In this document: positions 9,858 through 19,445 of the stretch, in pieces
Layout of the letters: the number at the start of each line of letters is the position of its first letter
How positions within the stretch are numbered: position 1 is the first letter of the stretch
Made by a program: the position numbers and the translations under genes
The notes under the pieces: model-generated
Databases searched by the model: none
What the model saw: the letters and a program-made list of their open reading frames with translations, nothing else
What the model was told of the DNA's origin: nothing
Origin: Patescibacteria group bacterium
GTDB lineage: Bacteria; Patescibacteriota; Microgenomatia; UBA1400; PJMF01
Length of the DNA stretch: 64,000 nt
NCBI GenBank assembly: GCA_016861085.1
Contig: BOKR01000001.1
Location: 323,271-387,270 of the forward strand
Direction of reading: 5' to 3'

Positions 9858-10373
9858 ATGAATGATACAGATAAACAAGAAGTTCTTGAAACAGGTGAAG
9901 ACTTAGCACTTTCAGCGTTGTCTGAAGCAAGCAAAAAAGATGGGCTAGATTTTGACGAAGTCAAGGCTTCTGATGATTTAGCTGACACCTTAATGTCTTT
10001 GCAAAATCTGATCGAGAGAAATGCAAATGAACTCGAAAGAGTGAGTAACGCTTTAAAAGAGAAACGTGAAAGTTTAAAGAGTGTGTTTGAAAATGACTCC
10101 GCTTTGCAAGAGGTAACAGATTCTGTAACAGCAATGCAGCAGCAGGTTAAAGAACGCAAATCGTTGATTGCCAATAGTGCTCAAGCTACTTCACTTAAGT
10201 CACAAATCGGTGAGTTAAATCAGGAAAAGAAAGAAATTGAAGAGACTTTAAGCAATCATTTAGTTAATTACTACACAATGACAAATTCAAAAAGTTTTGA
10301 TACCAGTTCTGGAGATCAATGGGAATTTAGTATTAAAGCTAAAGTTAAAGGCAAGCCAAAAGGCGAAGAATAA
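9858..10373 (+). CDS. hypothetical coiled-coil protein
   Basis: ORF begins at ATG 9858 (MNDTDKQ). The upstream part of the tool ORF overlaps pyk and is discarded. The protein is Glu/Lys/Ser-rich with heptad-like repeats. Confidence 0.5.
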   Translation: MNDTDKQEVLETGEDLALSALSEASKKDGLDFDEVKASDDLADTLMSLQNLIERNANELERVSNALKEKRESLKSVFENDSALQEVTDSVTAMQQQVKERKSLIANSAQATSLKSQIGELNQEKKEIEETLSNHLVNYYTMTNSKSFDTSSGDQWEFSIKAKVKGKPKGEE

Positions 10374-10397
10374 AGTTTTTATCTGAAAGTTACTATT

Positions 10398-10422
10398 AAA
10401 AACACCCCGGAAGGGGTGTTTT
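10398..10422. terminator. bidirectional intrinsic terminator hairpin
   Basis: AAAAACACCCC-GGAA-GGGGTGTTTT is a perfect 6-bp GC stem flanked by an A-run and a T-run, sitting between convergent genes. Confidence 0.6.
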
Positions 10423-10445
10423 AATGCTGTCCATTTTAATTTGCA

Positions 10446-10871
10446 CTATTCGGCTTCTTGTTCTTGAGGGGGCGGCCAGTGGATATGCACCCAACCGCTT
10501 TGCCCTTGTTCGTAGACTTGTAGGAGGTTGCCATTCTCATCTGTGACAACTCCCCAGCCGTAATGTACATCTACGAGGCTGAAGATGACCTGGTCGGTAG
10601 GTGCCACGAACTCCACCTGATCGGTTTCGATAATGTCGTTATGAGCCAGCCCAGAGTCAATTCGCTGGCATTCCATTTGACCTTCAATTGTCTCAACGCC
10701 GTTTTGGGTAATTGTCAGCTCACCCCTTCCGGGGCAGAACAAAACATTACCGGTGGCCAGCACTTCAGTCGCTGGTCTGTAGAAGTCTTGCTGGGGACCG
10801 CCGCAAGCGGTCAACCCCAATAATAAAGGAAGCAAAAACCATTTCAGTCTTTTTAGCATAGTATTCACCAT
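10446..10871 (-). CDS. lipoprotein (signal peptide + lipobox LTAC), G+C-rich gene
   Basis: N-terminus MLKRLKWFLLPLLLGLTAC is a lipobox. The mature part is about 53% G+C in a hand-counted 100-nt sample, versus about 35% in the flanks. Confidence 0.6.
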   Translation of the reverse strand: MVNTMLKRLKWFLLPLLLGLTACGGPQQDFYRPATEVLATGNVLFCPGRGELTITQNGVETIEGQMECQRIDSGLAHNDIIETDQVEFVAPTDQVIFSLVDVHYGWGVVTDENGNLLQVYEQGQSGWVHIHWPPPQEQEAE

Positions 10872-11064
10872 ATAGCAAACAAAATGGACAGCATGTCATA
10901 TACAATGGTTTTTTATATACAACATGCCGCCCACAGTTCTCACTAAGTGGTAGAAAAAAGAGTGCAAATTGTTAAAGAACAGGTTCCATTGCAACAAACA
11001 AGAATTGACTGAGCGATTCAATACCTCTTATTCATCAAAATGTGTGCAAATTATATCACGTTGT

Positions 11065-11092
11065 ACAAAAAAGGGCCGCTGTACAGCGGCCC
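11065..11092 (-). terminator. intrinsic terminator of rpsU
   Basis: Minus strand reads GGGCCGCTGTACAGCGGCCC followed by TTTTTT, immediately 3' of the S21 gene. Confidence 0.6.
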
Positions 11093-11118
11093 TTTACTTT
11101 GATTCTATGTGAAAATTG

Positions 11119-11370
11119 TTATTTTCCTAAACGATCATTGATTCTTTGTAGTGTAGCTGAAGAAATATTTTTCATTTTCTTCAAACTTCTTGCACGTTTT
11201 CTCAATCTTCTTTTTTCAGTTTTGTTAACTGTTCTAATTTCGGAAGGTTTTTTATAGAATCTTCTGTCTCTAGCTTTCGTAACAATATCAGCTGCCGCGA
11301 TCGCTTTCTTAAACTTTTTGATGATATCATGTGTGCTATCACCAGCTTTAGCTTTAATAATTATAGGCAT
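11119..11370 (-). CDS. rpsU: 30S ribosomal protein S21
   Basis: MPIIIKAKAGD...FKK...RRFYKKPSEIR matches the S21 pattern (MPxIxV...FKR...REFYEKPT) with a basic C-terminus. Confidence 0.7.
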   Translation of the reverse strand: MPIIIKAKAGDSTHDIIKKFKKAIAAADIVTKARDRRFYKKPSEIRTVNKTEKRRLRKRARSLKKMKNISSATLQRINDRLGK

Positions 11371-11480
11371 TGATTCTCACCTCCTTTCCAAAATTGGCGT
11401 AACTAATAGATCTTTTTCAAAAATGCCAGTTGCTTGAACCCATTCGTTTCAAACAAGATTTGTATTATACCACGTCTTGA

Positions 11481-11954
11481 TTATTTTTGAGATTCACGGA
11501 TGTTTTTTGCTAATTCAGCAAGTTCCTGACTATCAGCGAGCTGCGAATCATTAGAACAAATATATCCTGGATACATTTCGTAGTAGTCTTTTTTCTTTCC
11601 ACTCTCAATTGGTTTCCATTCTGGAATTGCTGTGCCATGCAGTGGATAGAGCTTAGAATGCAAGTGGTCAACCCCGAAGCCTTCAAAAACCATCCCACAA
11701 CGGCCAACATCTTCAAAGTAGCGAGTTAAAATATTTGCAGTGTTTTTTGTTGCGACAATGAGATCTTTTAATACAGAGTCTTCTTGATCAAACGCAGAAC
11801 TGCCGTAATGTTCTTTGGTGATGACAACAGTAGCGCCTTTTGTATTAGGAAAAATTGTTAGAAAAGCTAGGTGTTTTTCGTCCTCATAAATCTTATGATA
11901 CGAAACTTCACCTGCGATCATTTTACAAAATAAGCAATCAGCAACTTTGGTCAT
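11481..11954 (-). CDS. HIT-family hydrolase (histidine triad)
   Basis: The HxHxH motif VDHLHSKLYP is present. Start is taken at MTKVADCLFCK. Confidence 0.8.
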   Translation of the reverse strand: MTKVADCLFCKMIAGEVSYHKIYEDEKHLAFLTIFPNTKGATVVITKEHYGSSAFDQEDSVLKDLIVATKNTANILTRYFEDVGRCGMVFEGFGVDHLHSKLYPLHGTAIPEWKPIESGKKKDYYEMYPGYICSNDSQLADSQELAELAKNIRESQK

Positions 11955-12822
11955 ACAGTGTTTCCTTTGCGAGTGCAACAATCTCATCAAGTGTTAACGG
12001 ACTTGGAGTTTGGTTTGTATGTTTTCTCGAACCATTGATAAGCATTCTTCCAGATGCATGGTAAAACCAGTAGCCAATTTTGTCTTTTTTAGTTACTGCT
12101 TCATAGAGCGGTTTCAAGACCATTTTACAGTCAGGTCGAACCTTTATTCTAATATCACCCTGTTTTGGATCTTTTTTGATAACTAAATCATATCCTTGTT
12201 TTTGAGCAACTTTAATTGTGTCATCGTTACGAGTTTCAATAGCAATGCATTTAATTGATCCAATTTTAAATGGTTCACCTTTCTCTTCAATGATCTCTCT
12301 GGCTTTAATTTGTTGGGTTAAAACTGCATATGTAGAATCAAGACATTTAAGTCCGAACTGCATTTGCGAATCATCATCATGCGGTTCTGTAAATTCTATT
12401 CCACGAATTAACTCGTGTAACATCATAGAATATCTGTAGTTACTTGCGTCTGGCCAATGAATTTCTTCAAAATGGTCGATTTCTGTAATAAATTCAGAAA
12501 TAATGTGTAATGCTTGATCATTTTCCAAGTCCTTATTTCTTTCACAGACAAAATCGTGGACCAAAGAGGTTGCACTGATAAGGAGAGAGCCCTTTTCAGG
12601 CTGGTGGTGGTCAAATCTGCCAAGTCCAGTATCAACATGGGTGACATCATGAAGTTCGAATCCCAACTCATGTGCCATATCAATTGAGATAGTTTCACCG
12701 GGGTTTACATATGCTACCTTTGCGTCTGCATATTTTTTTGGTTCAAATGTTTTTAGAATCCAAGTAGCGCCAACTGCGTCCAAGTCTGGGGCGTGATGAG
12801 TAACTATGAGTTGTCTTGACAT
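11938..12822 (-). CDS. DHH-family phosphoesterase (NrnA-like)
   Basis: N-terminal VTHHAPDLDAVGA motif (DHH motif I-II) and a later DHH-like HH pair are present. Confidence 0.65.
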   Translation of the reverse strand: MSRQLIVTHHAPDLDAVGATWILKTFEPKKYADAKVAYVNPGETISIDMAHELGFELHDVTHVDTGLGRFDHHQPEKGSLLISATSLVHDFVCERNKDLENDQALHIISEFITEIDHFEEIHWPDASNYRYSMMLHELIRGIEFTEPHDDDSQMQFGLKCLDSTYAVLTQQIKAREIIEEKGEPFKIGSIKCIAIETRNDDTIKVAQKQGYDLVIKKDPKQGDIRIKVRPDCKMVLKPLYEAVTKKDKIGYWFYHASGRMLINGSRKHTNQTPSPLTLDEIVALAKETLYDQSC

Positions 12823-13078
12823 ATTCAATAGTATATCATCTGGATAAAAAAAACCCACCGCAAGAACCATATTTTAAGTTAAAAATAGGATGTTTGCAGT
12901 GGGTATCCTCACCGGGATGTAATAGTAATATACGAAATAATATAGAAAAACATAGCAGCAAAAAAGAGCGATAAATGGATTTATAATTACTCTTTATGAC
13001 TAATCATATATTTTAATATAAGACGAAAAATTGCATATTTCTTACACAATATTTGTTGTATTTTTTGCAGTAATAAAA

Positions 13079-13408
13079 TTATCTAAGCTTAAACAGTCTT
13101 TTGATAAGCCACCATACAATTTTGAAGGGAAGCGTAATAAGTTGCCAAATCAGTGGTTGCTTGTCTTCTTCTCCTCTCACCCAAGCTGAGATAATGAGGT
13201 GTTTTTTTTGATCTGGTTTATATGTGGCAACGACATGATATCTTCTATTTTGGATAGTTTTTATATATTTATTGCTTTTGCTATCTTTCTTGTAAACTGC
13301 ATCAGGGTAATTTACAGTCTCGAAAACAGAATGAAGTGCCAAACTTCTATCCACAATTCGCTCATAGGCATGCTTTGTGAAGATAATATTTTTATATTCT
13401 TGTGACAT
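13079..13408 (-). CDS. small protein, possibly DUF4258-like (toxin-like fold); uncertain
   Basis: N-terminus IIFTKHAYERIVDR resembles the H-A-x-x-R motif of DUF4258. Start is taken at MSQEYK, which abuts the proS stop. Confidence 0.35.
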   Translation of the reverse strand: MSQEYKNIIFTKHAYERIVDRSLALHSVFETVNYPDAVYKKDSKSNKYIKTIQNRRYHVVATYKPDQKKHLIISAWVRGEEDKQPLIWQLITLPFKIVWWLIKRLFKLR

Positions 13409-14853
13409 TAGTATGCTTGAGCAAAAAGCCATCGATGTGTAGCATGGTTTCCACATTTAATGCAGGCTCCTGACTCTTCTGAGACTGAGCCTTTAGTATC
13501 AATGAATGGGAGACATCTTGTCGAAGCTTTTGTTTCCTCTTTGATTTGTTTTTCGCACAGTTCCGATTCACACCAAAACGCTTTGATAAAACCTCTAGTA
13601 GTACTCATAATTTGTTTGAAGTCTTCATAAGAATTTGCCTCAAAACTAAGTTCTTGTGTTCTTTTTTGTGCCGCAGCAAACAGTTCTGTTTGGATCTTTT
13701 CAAGTAGGTTGCTTACTTGCTCAATACAGTTTTCCAGAGCTAGAGTCTCTTTTGACTTATTATAGCGAACTGACGCAGTTACTTGGTTTTGTTCGAGTTC
13801 TCTGTTGCCAAGGATGAGAGTAATAGGTATACCCTGAAGTTCACTCTCATTGAGTTTCCAGCCAAGAGATGTTTTCTCAGAAACGTCAGCTACAGACCTG
13901 ATTCCCTTTTCTTTCAACATACTAACAAGTGACTGGCATTTTGTAATAACAGCCTCGTCTTTGCTCGCTGAAGCGACTACAACTTGAATTGGGGCTACTC
14001 TTGGAGGTATGACAACTCCATCATCATCGCCATGTGTCATGATCAGGGCACCAATAATCCTGGTTGAAAGGCCCCAACTATTTTGCCATGCGTATTGGGT
14101 AGTATCATTCTCATCTTGAAAGTTAATATTAAAGGCATCTTTTTTGGAAAAATTTTGTCCCAAATGGTGGCTTGTACCCGATTGCAGAGCTTTCCCGTCG
14201 GGCATCATCGCTTCTATAGTTGTGGTTAGGTCTGCCCCTGCAAATTTTTCACTCTCACTCTTTTTACCTTTGACAACTGGGATTGCTAAGTACTCTTCAG
14301 CAAGCGCTCGATATGATTCAAGGGCATCATACATGACTGAGGTTGCTTCTTCTTGTGTTGCATGAGCTGAATGAGCCTCCTGCCATAAAAACTCGGTTGT
14401 CCTGAGAAAAAAATTAGTGCGTTTTTCCCAGCGAACCACGTTGTTCCACTGGTTAATTTTTATTGGCAAGTCCCTATGAGATTGGACCCATTTTGAATAC
14501 ATATCATACATAATGGTTTCAGAAGTTGGTCTGACTACCAATTTTTCAGTTAATTCTTCTCCACCAGCATGAGTTACGATAGCAAGCTCGGGAGCAAACC
14601 CCTCAACATGGTCAGCTTCTTTTTCTAAGAATGACATCGGAATGAAAATAGGAAAATACGCGTTTCTTACTTCCATTGTATCAAGGTACTTTTGGTATGA
14701 TTTTTGAATATGTTCCCAAATGCCATAGCCATTTGGTCGAATAACCATACAACCCTTAACAGGTGAATAATCAGCTAATCTAGCCTGTTGAATTACTTGC
14801 GTGTACCACTTACTCATGTTTTCTGATTTAGGGGTTAAATCTCGTTTTGCCAT
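13408..14853 (-). CDS. proS: prolyl-tRNA synthetase (archaeal/eukaryotic-type class II)
   Basis: Motif blocks FPIFIPMSFLEKEADHVEGFAPELA, RTTEFLWQEAHSAH and a C-terminal Zn-like Cys cluster. Start is at MAKRDL. Confidence 0.9.
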   Translation of the reverse strand: MAKRDLTPKSENMSKWYTQVIQQARLADYSPVKGCMVIRPNGYGIWEHIQKSYQKYLDTMEVRNAYFPIFIPMSFLEKEADHVEGFAPELAIVTHAGGEELTEKLVVRPTSETIMYDMYSKWVQSHRDLPIKINQWNNVVRWEKRTNFFLRTTEFLWQEAHSAHATQEEATSVMYDALESYRALAEEYLAIPVVKGKKSESEKFAGADLTTTIEAMMPDGKALQSGTSHHLGQNFSKKDAFNINFQDENDTTQYAWQNSWGLSTRIIGALIMTHGDDDGVVIPPRVAPIQVVVASASKDEAVITKCQSLVSMLKEKGIRSVADVSEKTSLGWKLNESELQGIPITLILGNRELEQNQVTASVRYNKSKETLALENCIEQVSNLLEKIQTELFAAAQKRTQELSFEANSYEDFKQIMSTTRGFIKAFWCESELCEKQIKEETKASTRCLPFIDTKGSVSEESGACIKCGNHATHRWLFAQAY

Positions 14854-14890
14854 ACATTCCTTGTCTATTCGTCTGGTGATTATACTATAC

Positions 14891-15796
14891 CTACATCCAG
14901 GTTTTAAGTGCTTGGACAAATGTGTCAGCAGTATCCAAAACAATTATTTTTTCTGGCAATTGCGTGTGGTGGATTGAGTTAGTAATCACTACTGAGTTAA
15001 TACTCTCGTCGTTCATGAGTGTTAAGCCGTTTTGGGCAAAAATTCCGTGCGTTACAAAGAAGTGAACTTCCTTTGCTTTGTGCTGTTTAAGAAACTTAGC
15101 TACTTCAACGACAGTACTGCCTGTGTTAATAATATCGTCATAAATTAAACAAATTTTCCCCTCGACATTGCCTGAAATTCCCATAGGAGTAACTTTACCG
15201 GTTGTTAAGTCTCTATGTTTATCAACATTTGCCAGATCAAGTTCAAGCTCATTTGCGATTGATCGAGCTCTTTTGAGACCACCAAAATCTGGACTGACAA
15301 CAACAGCTTTTTTCAAATCAACATTTTTCTTAATATATTTTGAAAATAATTCTATTGAAGAATGGTGGTGGGTTGGGATTGAGAAAAACCCTGGGATGCT
15401 TGTGTTGTGTAAATCTAACAGATGTGCTCTTTTTATATAGGCATTCGAAACAAGGTCGGCAATAATTTTTGCTGCCATTGGTTCACCTGGTCTAAAAAGT
15501 TTGTCTTGTAATGAGTATCCCATCCAGGGAATAATTGCATTGACATGTCTAGCGCCTGAGCGTTCAAGCGCGTCTGCAATTAACAAAAACTCAATAATAT
15601 ATTCATCGGCTGGGGTAGAAAACGACTGAACTAAAACAACATTCTCACCATTGAGATTATCTTTAATCCAAACTCTTTTTTCTCCATTTTTAAATTTTGA
15701 AATTTCAGCATCAACCAACCTTAGATTGAGTTTTTGGGCAATATTTTGCGCCAAAGCTCTATTTGAAGTACCAGAAATTATCTTCATACCAACCAT
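14891..15796 (-). CDS. prs: ribose-phosphate pyrophosphokinase
   Basis: MKIISGTSNRALAQNIA N-terminus and the PRPP-binding loop DDIINTGSTV are present. Confidence 0.9.
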   Translation of the reverse strand: MVGMKIISGTSNRALAQNIAQKLNLRLVDAEISKFKNGEKRVWIKDNLNGENVVLVQSFSTPADEYIIEFLLIADALERSGARHVNAIIPWMGYSLQDKLFRPGEPMAAKIIADLVSNAYIKRAHLLDLHNTSIPGFFSIPTHHHSSIELFSKYIKKNVDLKKAVVVSPDFGGLKRARSIANELELDLANVDKHRDLTTGKVTPMGISGNVEGKICLIYDDIINTGSTVVEVAKFLKQHKAKEVHFFVTHGIFAQNGLTLMNDESINSVVITNSIHHTQLPEKIIVLDTADTFVQALKTWM

Positions 15797-15843
15797 TGTA
15801 GCACTAACTTAGTTGAAGTTTGAATGAGAGCATTCTGAATATA

Positions 15844-18810
15844 TTAGGCTCTATGTTCAGGAGCATTAATCAATCCACATTTTTTGTATTTTAAACCGCT
15901 CCCGCATGGACAAGGATCATTACGCCCAATTTTTATAGTAGCAGTTGCTTGATTCACTTTTGTCCCAATTTTTGCTTTACCAAGTGCTGCTGCTAGATCA
16001 CTTGTGGAACCAGTTGTTTTTTTGGCTACTGGTTGTTGTGCCTGTGAGTTTGGCGACGCTGTTGATAACCCAGAAGCTAAGCTTTCAGTAGTATCTTGTT
16101 TTTGCTCTATAGCCCTTGATAAGTCGATTCTAGGTTGAATTGGTTGTCTGTTTGTGAACTGTACTCTATAAATTCTATTTGCAATGGTTGATTCTATATC
16201 AGAGATGAGTCCTTCAAACATTGCAAAACCCTCTTTTTTGTACTCTGAAAGCACAGTTCGTTTATCACCTCTAAGCCAGATACCTTGTCGTAGTGAATCC
16301 ATAGCATCAATATGCTCCATCCATTTTTCGTCCAGAGTTGAAAGCGTTACGATTCTTTCTAAATCCCTGATTTCTTTTTCTCCAGTAGCTGTTTCTTTTG
16401 CTTTATACGTTTCATGAGCAACTTTTTTTAACTTTTCTATAATTACTTCAGTTTCTGTTTCAGAACTAATATTTTTGACTAATTGCTCTTGTGAATTTTG
16501 ATCAAATGGAATCATTTTACTGAATTCTTTGACCAATGCTTTGTACTCTTCTTCTGTAAAGCCTTGTGGGGCGTGCATGCTGACTATGTGGGTGATCTCA
16601 TTTTCAACATACTCCATAATTTGTTCGTGAAGTGTTTGAATGCCTGTTGTCTCAGGATCCATATCTACAGTTTGTTCAGCTTGGGTAAGTAAACGCTTTC
16701 TTCGTTTGTAGATAATATCTCTTTGTCTGTTGATAACATCATCAAATTCAACTAATCGTTTTCTTTGATCAAAGAAAAATCCTTCGACCTTAACCTGTGC
16801 TGACTCAATAGATTTACTCACCATTGCATGCTCAATGGGTTGGTTCTCTTCAATTTTGAGCATCTCCATAACTTTGGCGATTTGTTCACCACCAAAAATT
16901 CTCATGATTTCATCTTCTAGTGAAACAAAAAATTGTGAAGAACCTGGGTCACCTTGACGTCCAGACCGACCTCTTAACTGATTATCAATACGTCTAGATT
17001 CGTGACGCTCAGTACCAAGGATATATAAACCGCCAGCTGCGACAACTGCTTCATGCTCATTTTTCCAAGTTTCCAAAGCTTTAGCATATTCCTTAAGTTT
17101 GTAATTTTTTGGATTTACTGAAGGAGGTAGCGACAATCCAAGATCAGCAGCCTTTTGCCAATCTTCTTTGAGTGCTGGCGTTTTGGTAAGGGTAGTTTTT
17201 CTAAAATCTTTTAGTTCCGGTTTTGCACCTCCAAGAACGATATCAACACCACGACCAGCAATATTAGTTGCGACAGTTATGGCTCCTTTTCGACCAGCAT
17301 CGGCAATAATAAATGCTTCTTTTTCATGATTTTTAGCATTGAGAACTTGATGTTCAATTTTTTTGCGTTTTAAAAAATTAGAAATAATCTGGTTATGCTC
17401 GATAGATTTGGTACCAATCATGATTGGTTGGCCAGTTTCGTGAATTCTTTCGACCTCATGAACAATTGCTGAATATTTTCCAGCGGTATTTTTATATACG
17501 ACGTCTGACTTGTCTTCACGAATAACAGTAACATTAGTTGGGATTGCCAACACGCTGAGGCCATAAATTTTCTCGAACTCTTCTGCTTCGGTAATAGCTG
17601 TACCGGTCATACCACTTAGTTTCTGGTACATTCTAAAGTAGTTCTGAATAGAAATTGTGGCGAGAGTTTTTGATTCTTGTTGGATTTGTACACCCTCTTT
17701 GGCTTCGATTGCTTGATGCAAGCTTTCAGAATATCGTCTGCCAAACATTAGACGTCCCGTGTGCTCGTCAACGATGATGACTTCACCTTCTCGAACAATA
17801 TAGTGCTTATCACGTTCAAAGAGTGCTTTGGCCTTGAGTGCTGATTCGATGTGGTGGATAGTATCAAAACTTTCCTCGTATAAGTTCTTGACTCCAATTT
17901 TTTGTTCAATACGTTTTACACCAAGATCAGTTAGTGTGGCAGTTCTGGCTTTTTCGTCTACAGAATAATCAATTTCTCGAGTCAAGGTATTCACCATTTT
18001 TGCATACTCAGAATACATCCTGGTTGGAGCAGCGTCTGGGGCAGAGATAATTAGTGGAGTACGGGCTTCGTCAATCAAGATAGAGTCAGCTTCGTCTACA
18101 ATTGTAAAGAAATGTGGAGTGTCGACTCTTTGCGACATTCTTTCGAGTGTCTGCACCATGTTATCGCGCAAGTAATCAAAGCCAAATTCGTTGTTTGTGC
18201 CGTAAGTGATATCACAGGCATATGCATCTTTTCTGCTGATTTCTTCAAAGTGCTCAAGTCGTTCGTCACCTCTGTCAGCGCTATCGATTTCAGGGTTATA
18301 TTTTCTGGAGTGGTCATGGATAATTACAGCAACAGAAAGGTCTAGGAAGTGATAAATTTGACCCATCCAGCCACACCCTAACTCAGCCAAGTAGTCGTTG
18401 ACGGTTATTAAGTGAGCGCCTTTGCCTAAAAGAGAATTTAAATACAGGGGGGCTGTAACAGTGAGCGTCTTACCTTCACCAGTTTTTTGTTCAGTGACAC
18501 TTCCTTTATGGAGGGCAATACCAGCAAGAAGTTGCACGTCAAAATGACGCATACCCAAAACTCTACGAGATGCTTCACGAACAGTCGCAAATGCTTCGGG
18601 CAAGATTGCATCAAGTGCCTCGGCTTCAGATTTTCCTGCCTCTAGACTATCGGTAATCTGTTTTTTGAATTTTTTGGTTTGGGCAGCTAATTTTGCGTCA
18701 GATAATTTCTGAATAGTTGGCTCAAAAGCGTTAATTTGATCAACAATAAGTTGGTATTGGTCAAGTGTTTTTTTATCTTCATTGAAAAGGTTTTTGATGA
18801 ATTTAAACAT
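15844..18810 (-). CDS. secA: preprotein translocase ATPase SecA
   Basis: 988 aa with Walker A MTGTAITE context, the DEAD-like motor, and a C-terminal zinc finger CPCGSGLKYKKCG. Confidence 0.95.
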   Translation of the reverse strand: MFKFIKNLFNEDKKTLDQYQLIVDQINAFEPTIQKLSDAKLAAQTKKFKKQITDSLEAGKSEAEALDAILPEAFATVREASRRVLGMRHFDVQLLAGIALHKGSVTEQKTGEGKTLTVTAPLYLNSLLGKGAHLITVNDYLAELGCGWMGQIYHFLDLSVAVIIHDHSRKYNPEIDSADRGDERLEHFEEISRKDAYACDITYGTNNEFGFDYLRDNMVQTLERMSQRVDTPHFFTIVDEADSILIDEARTPLIISAPDAAPTRMYSEYAKMVNTLTREIDYSVDEKARTATLTDLGVKRIEQKIGVKNLYEESFDTIHHIESALKAKALFERDKHYIVREGEVIIVDEHTGRLMFGRRYSESLHQAIEAKEGVQIQQESKTLATISIQNYFRMYQKLSGMTGTAITEAEEFEKIYGLSVLAIPTNVTVIREDKSDVVYKNTAGKYSAIVHEVERIHETGQPIMIGTKSIEHNQIISNFLKRKKIEHQVLNAKNHEKEAFIIADAGRKGAITVATNIAGRGVDIVLGGAKPELKDFRKTTLTKTPALKEDWQKAADLGLSLPPSVNPKNYKLKEYAKALETWKNEHEAVVAAGGLYILGTERHESRRIDNQLRGRSGRQGDPGSSQFFVSLEDEIMRIFGGEQIAKVMEMLKIEENQPIEHAMVSKSIESAQVKVEGFFFDQRKRLVEFDDVINRQRDIIYKRRKRLLTQAEQTVDMDPETTGIQTLHEQIMEYVENEITHIVSMHAPQGFTEEEYKALVKEFSKMIPFDQNSQEQLVKNISSETETEVIIEKLKKVAHETYKAKETATGEKEIRDLERIVTLSTLDEKWMEHIDAMDSLRQGIWLRGDKRTVLSEYKKEGFAMFEGLISDIESTIANRIYRVQFTNRQPIQPRIDLSRAIEQKQDTTESLASGLSTASPNSQAQQPVAKKTTGSTSDLAAALGKAKIGTKVNQATATIKIGRNDPCPCGSGLKYKKCGLINAPEHRA

Positions 18811-18858
18811 AGGATTAGCATTGTAACAGAATTATTGCCAAATAAAAACAGCTTTTAG

Positions 18859-19431
18859 CTATGTTGATTTTGCCTTAACAGTCTTAATTATGGCAGCAGT
18901 ATTAAATTTCTCTCTCAATGTAGTTTCAGTAGTGATGTTGTTAGATCCTTTAATTCTCCGACAAACTATGGCACCTTGATGTTTTTCCAGTACCATCCTC
19001 ACGGTACCACTAGCACTTATTAAAGTATCTCCAGTGTGAATATCGTCGAAATTAATATTTTCTGAAAGAATTGGTGTCTCGGCAAGATCTACATACGGAT
19101 TGGTAGCACTTTCCTCTGTGATTCTTTTTACAATTCCACCTTCTTGAGAAACCACAAATGCACTAAACTTTACTTCTCCTGGCTTTCCTGTTGGAGTTGG
19201 CTGTACGATAACGATGTCTCTTCTTCCATCAGAACGTAACAAGACATCTCCTACAATAGCTGAACTTATTTTTTCTTTGATTCCTGGTTTAAAGTGCTCA
19301 ACAACAAGAGATAAACTATCAACTTTTTTTTGTAGCTCTGCTATTAATAGTCTTGTTTGTTCTAGTGCTTCACGAGGATCAATTGCTTCCTCTTGGGTAT
19401 AACCAATTTCTTGCTTTTCAGTATTAATCAT
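18859..19431 (-). CDS. hypothetical protein
   Basis: 190-aa ORF with no recognised motif. Confidence 0.45.
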   Translation of the reverse strand: MINTEKQEIGYTQEEAIDPREALEQTRLLIAELQKKVDSLSLVVEHFKPGIKEKISSAIVGDVLLRSDGRRDIVIVQPTPTGKPGEVKFSAFVVSQEGGIVKRITEESATNPYVDLAETPILSENINFDDIHTGDTLISASGTVRMVLEKHQGAIVCRRIKGSNNITTETTLREKFNTAAIIKTVKAKST

Positions 19432-19445
19432 AAATACTTTTCCTA

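Noticed and set aside
12871-13078. 208-nt AT-rich intergenic region; considered for a small RNA or antitoxin
   Set aside because: No ORF with RBS, no convincing stem-loop set or conserved motif recognisable by eye. Left as a promoter region.
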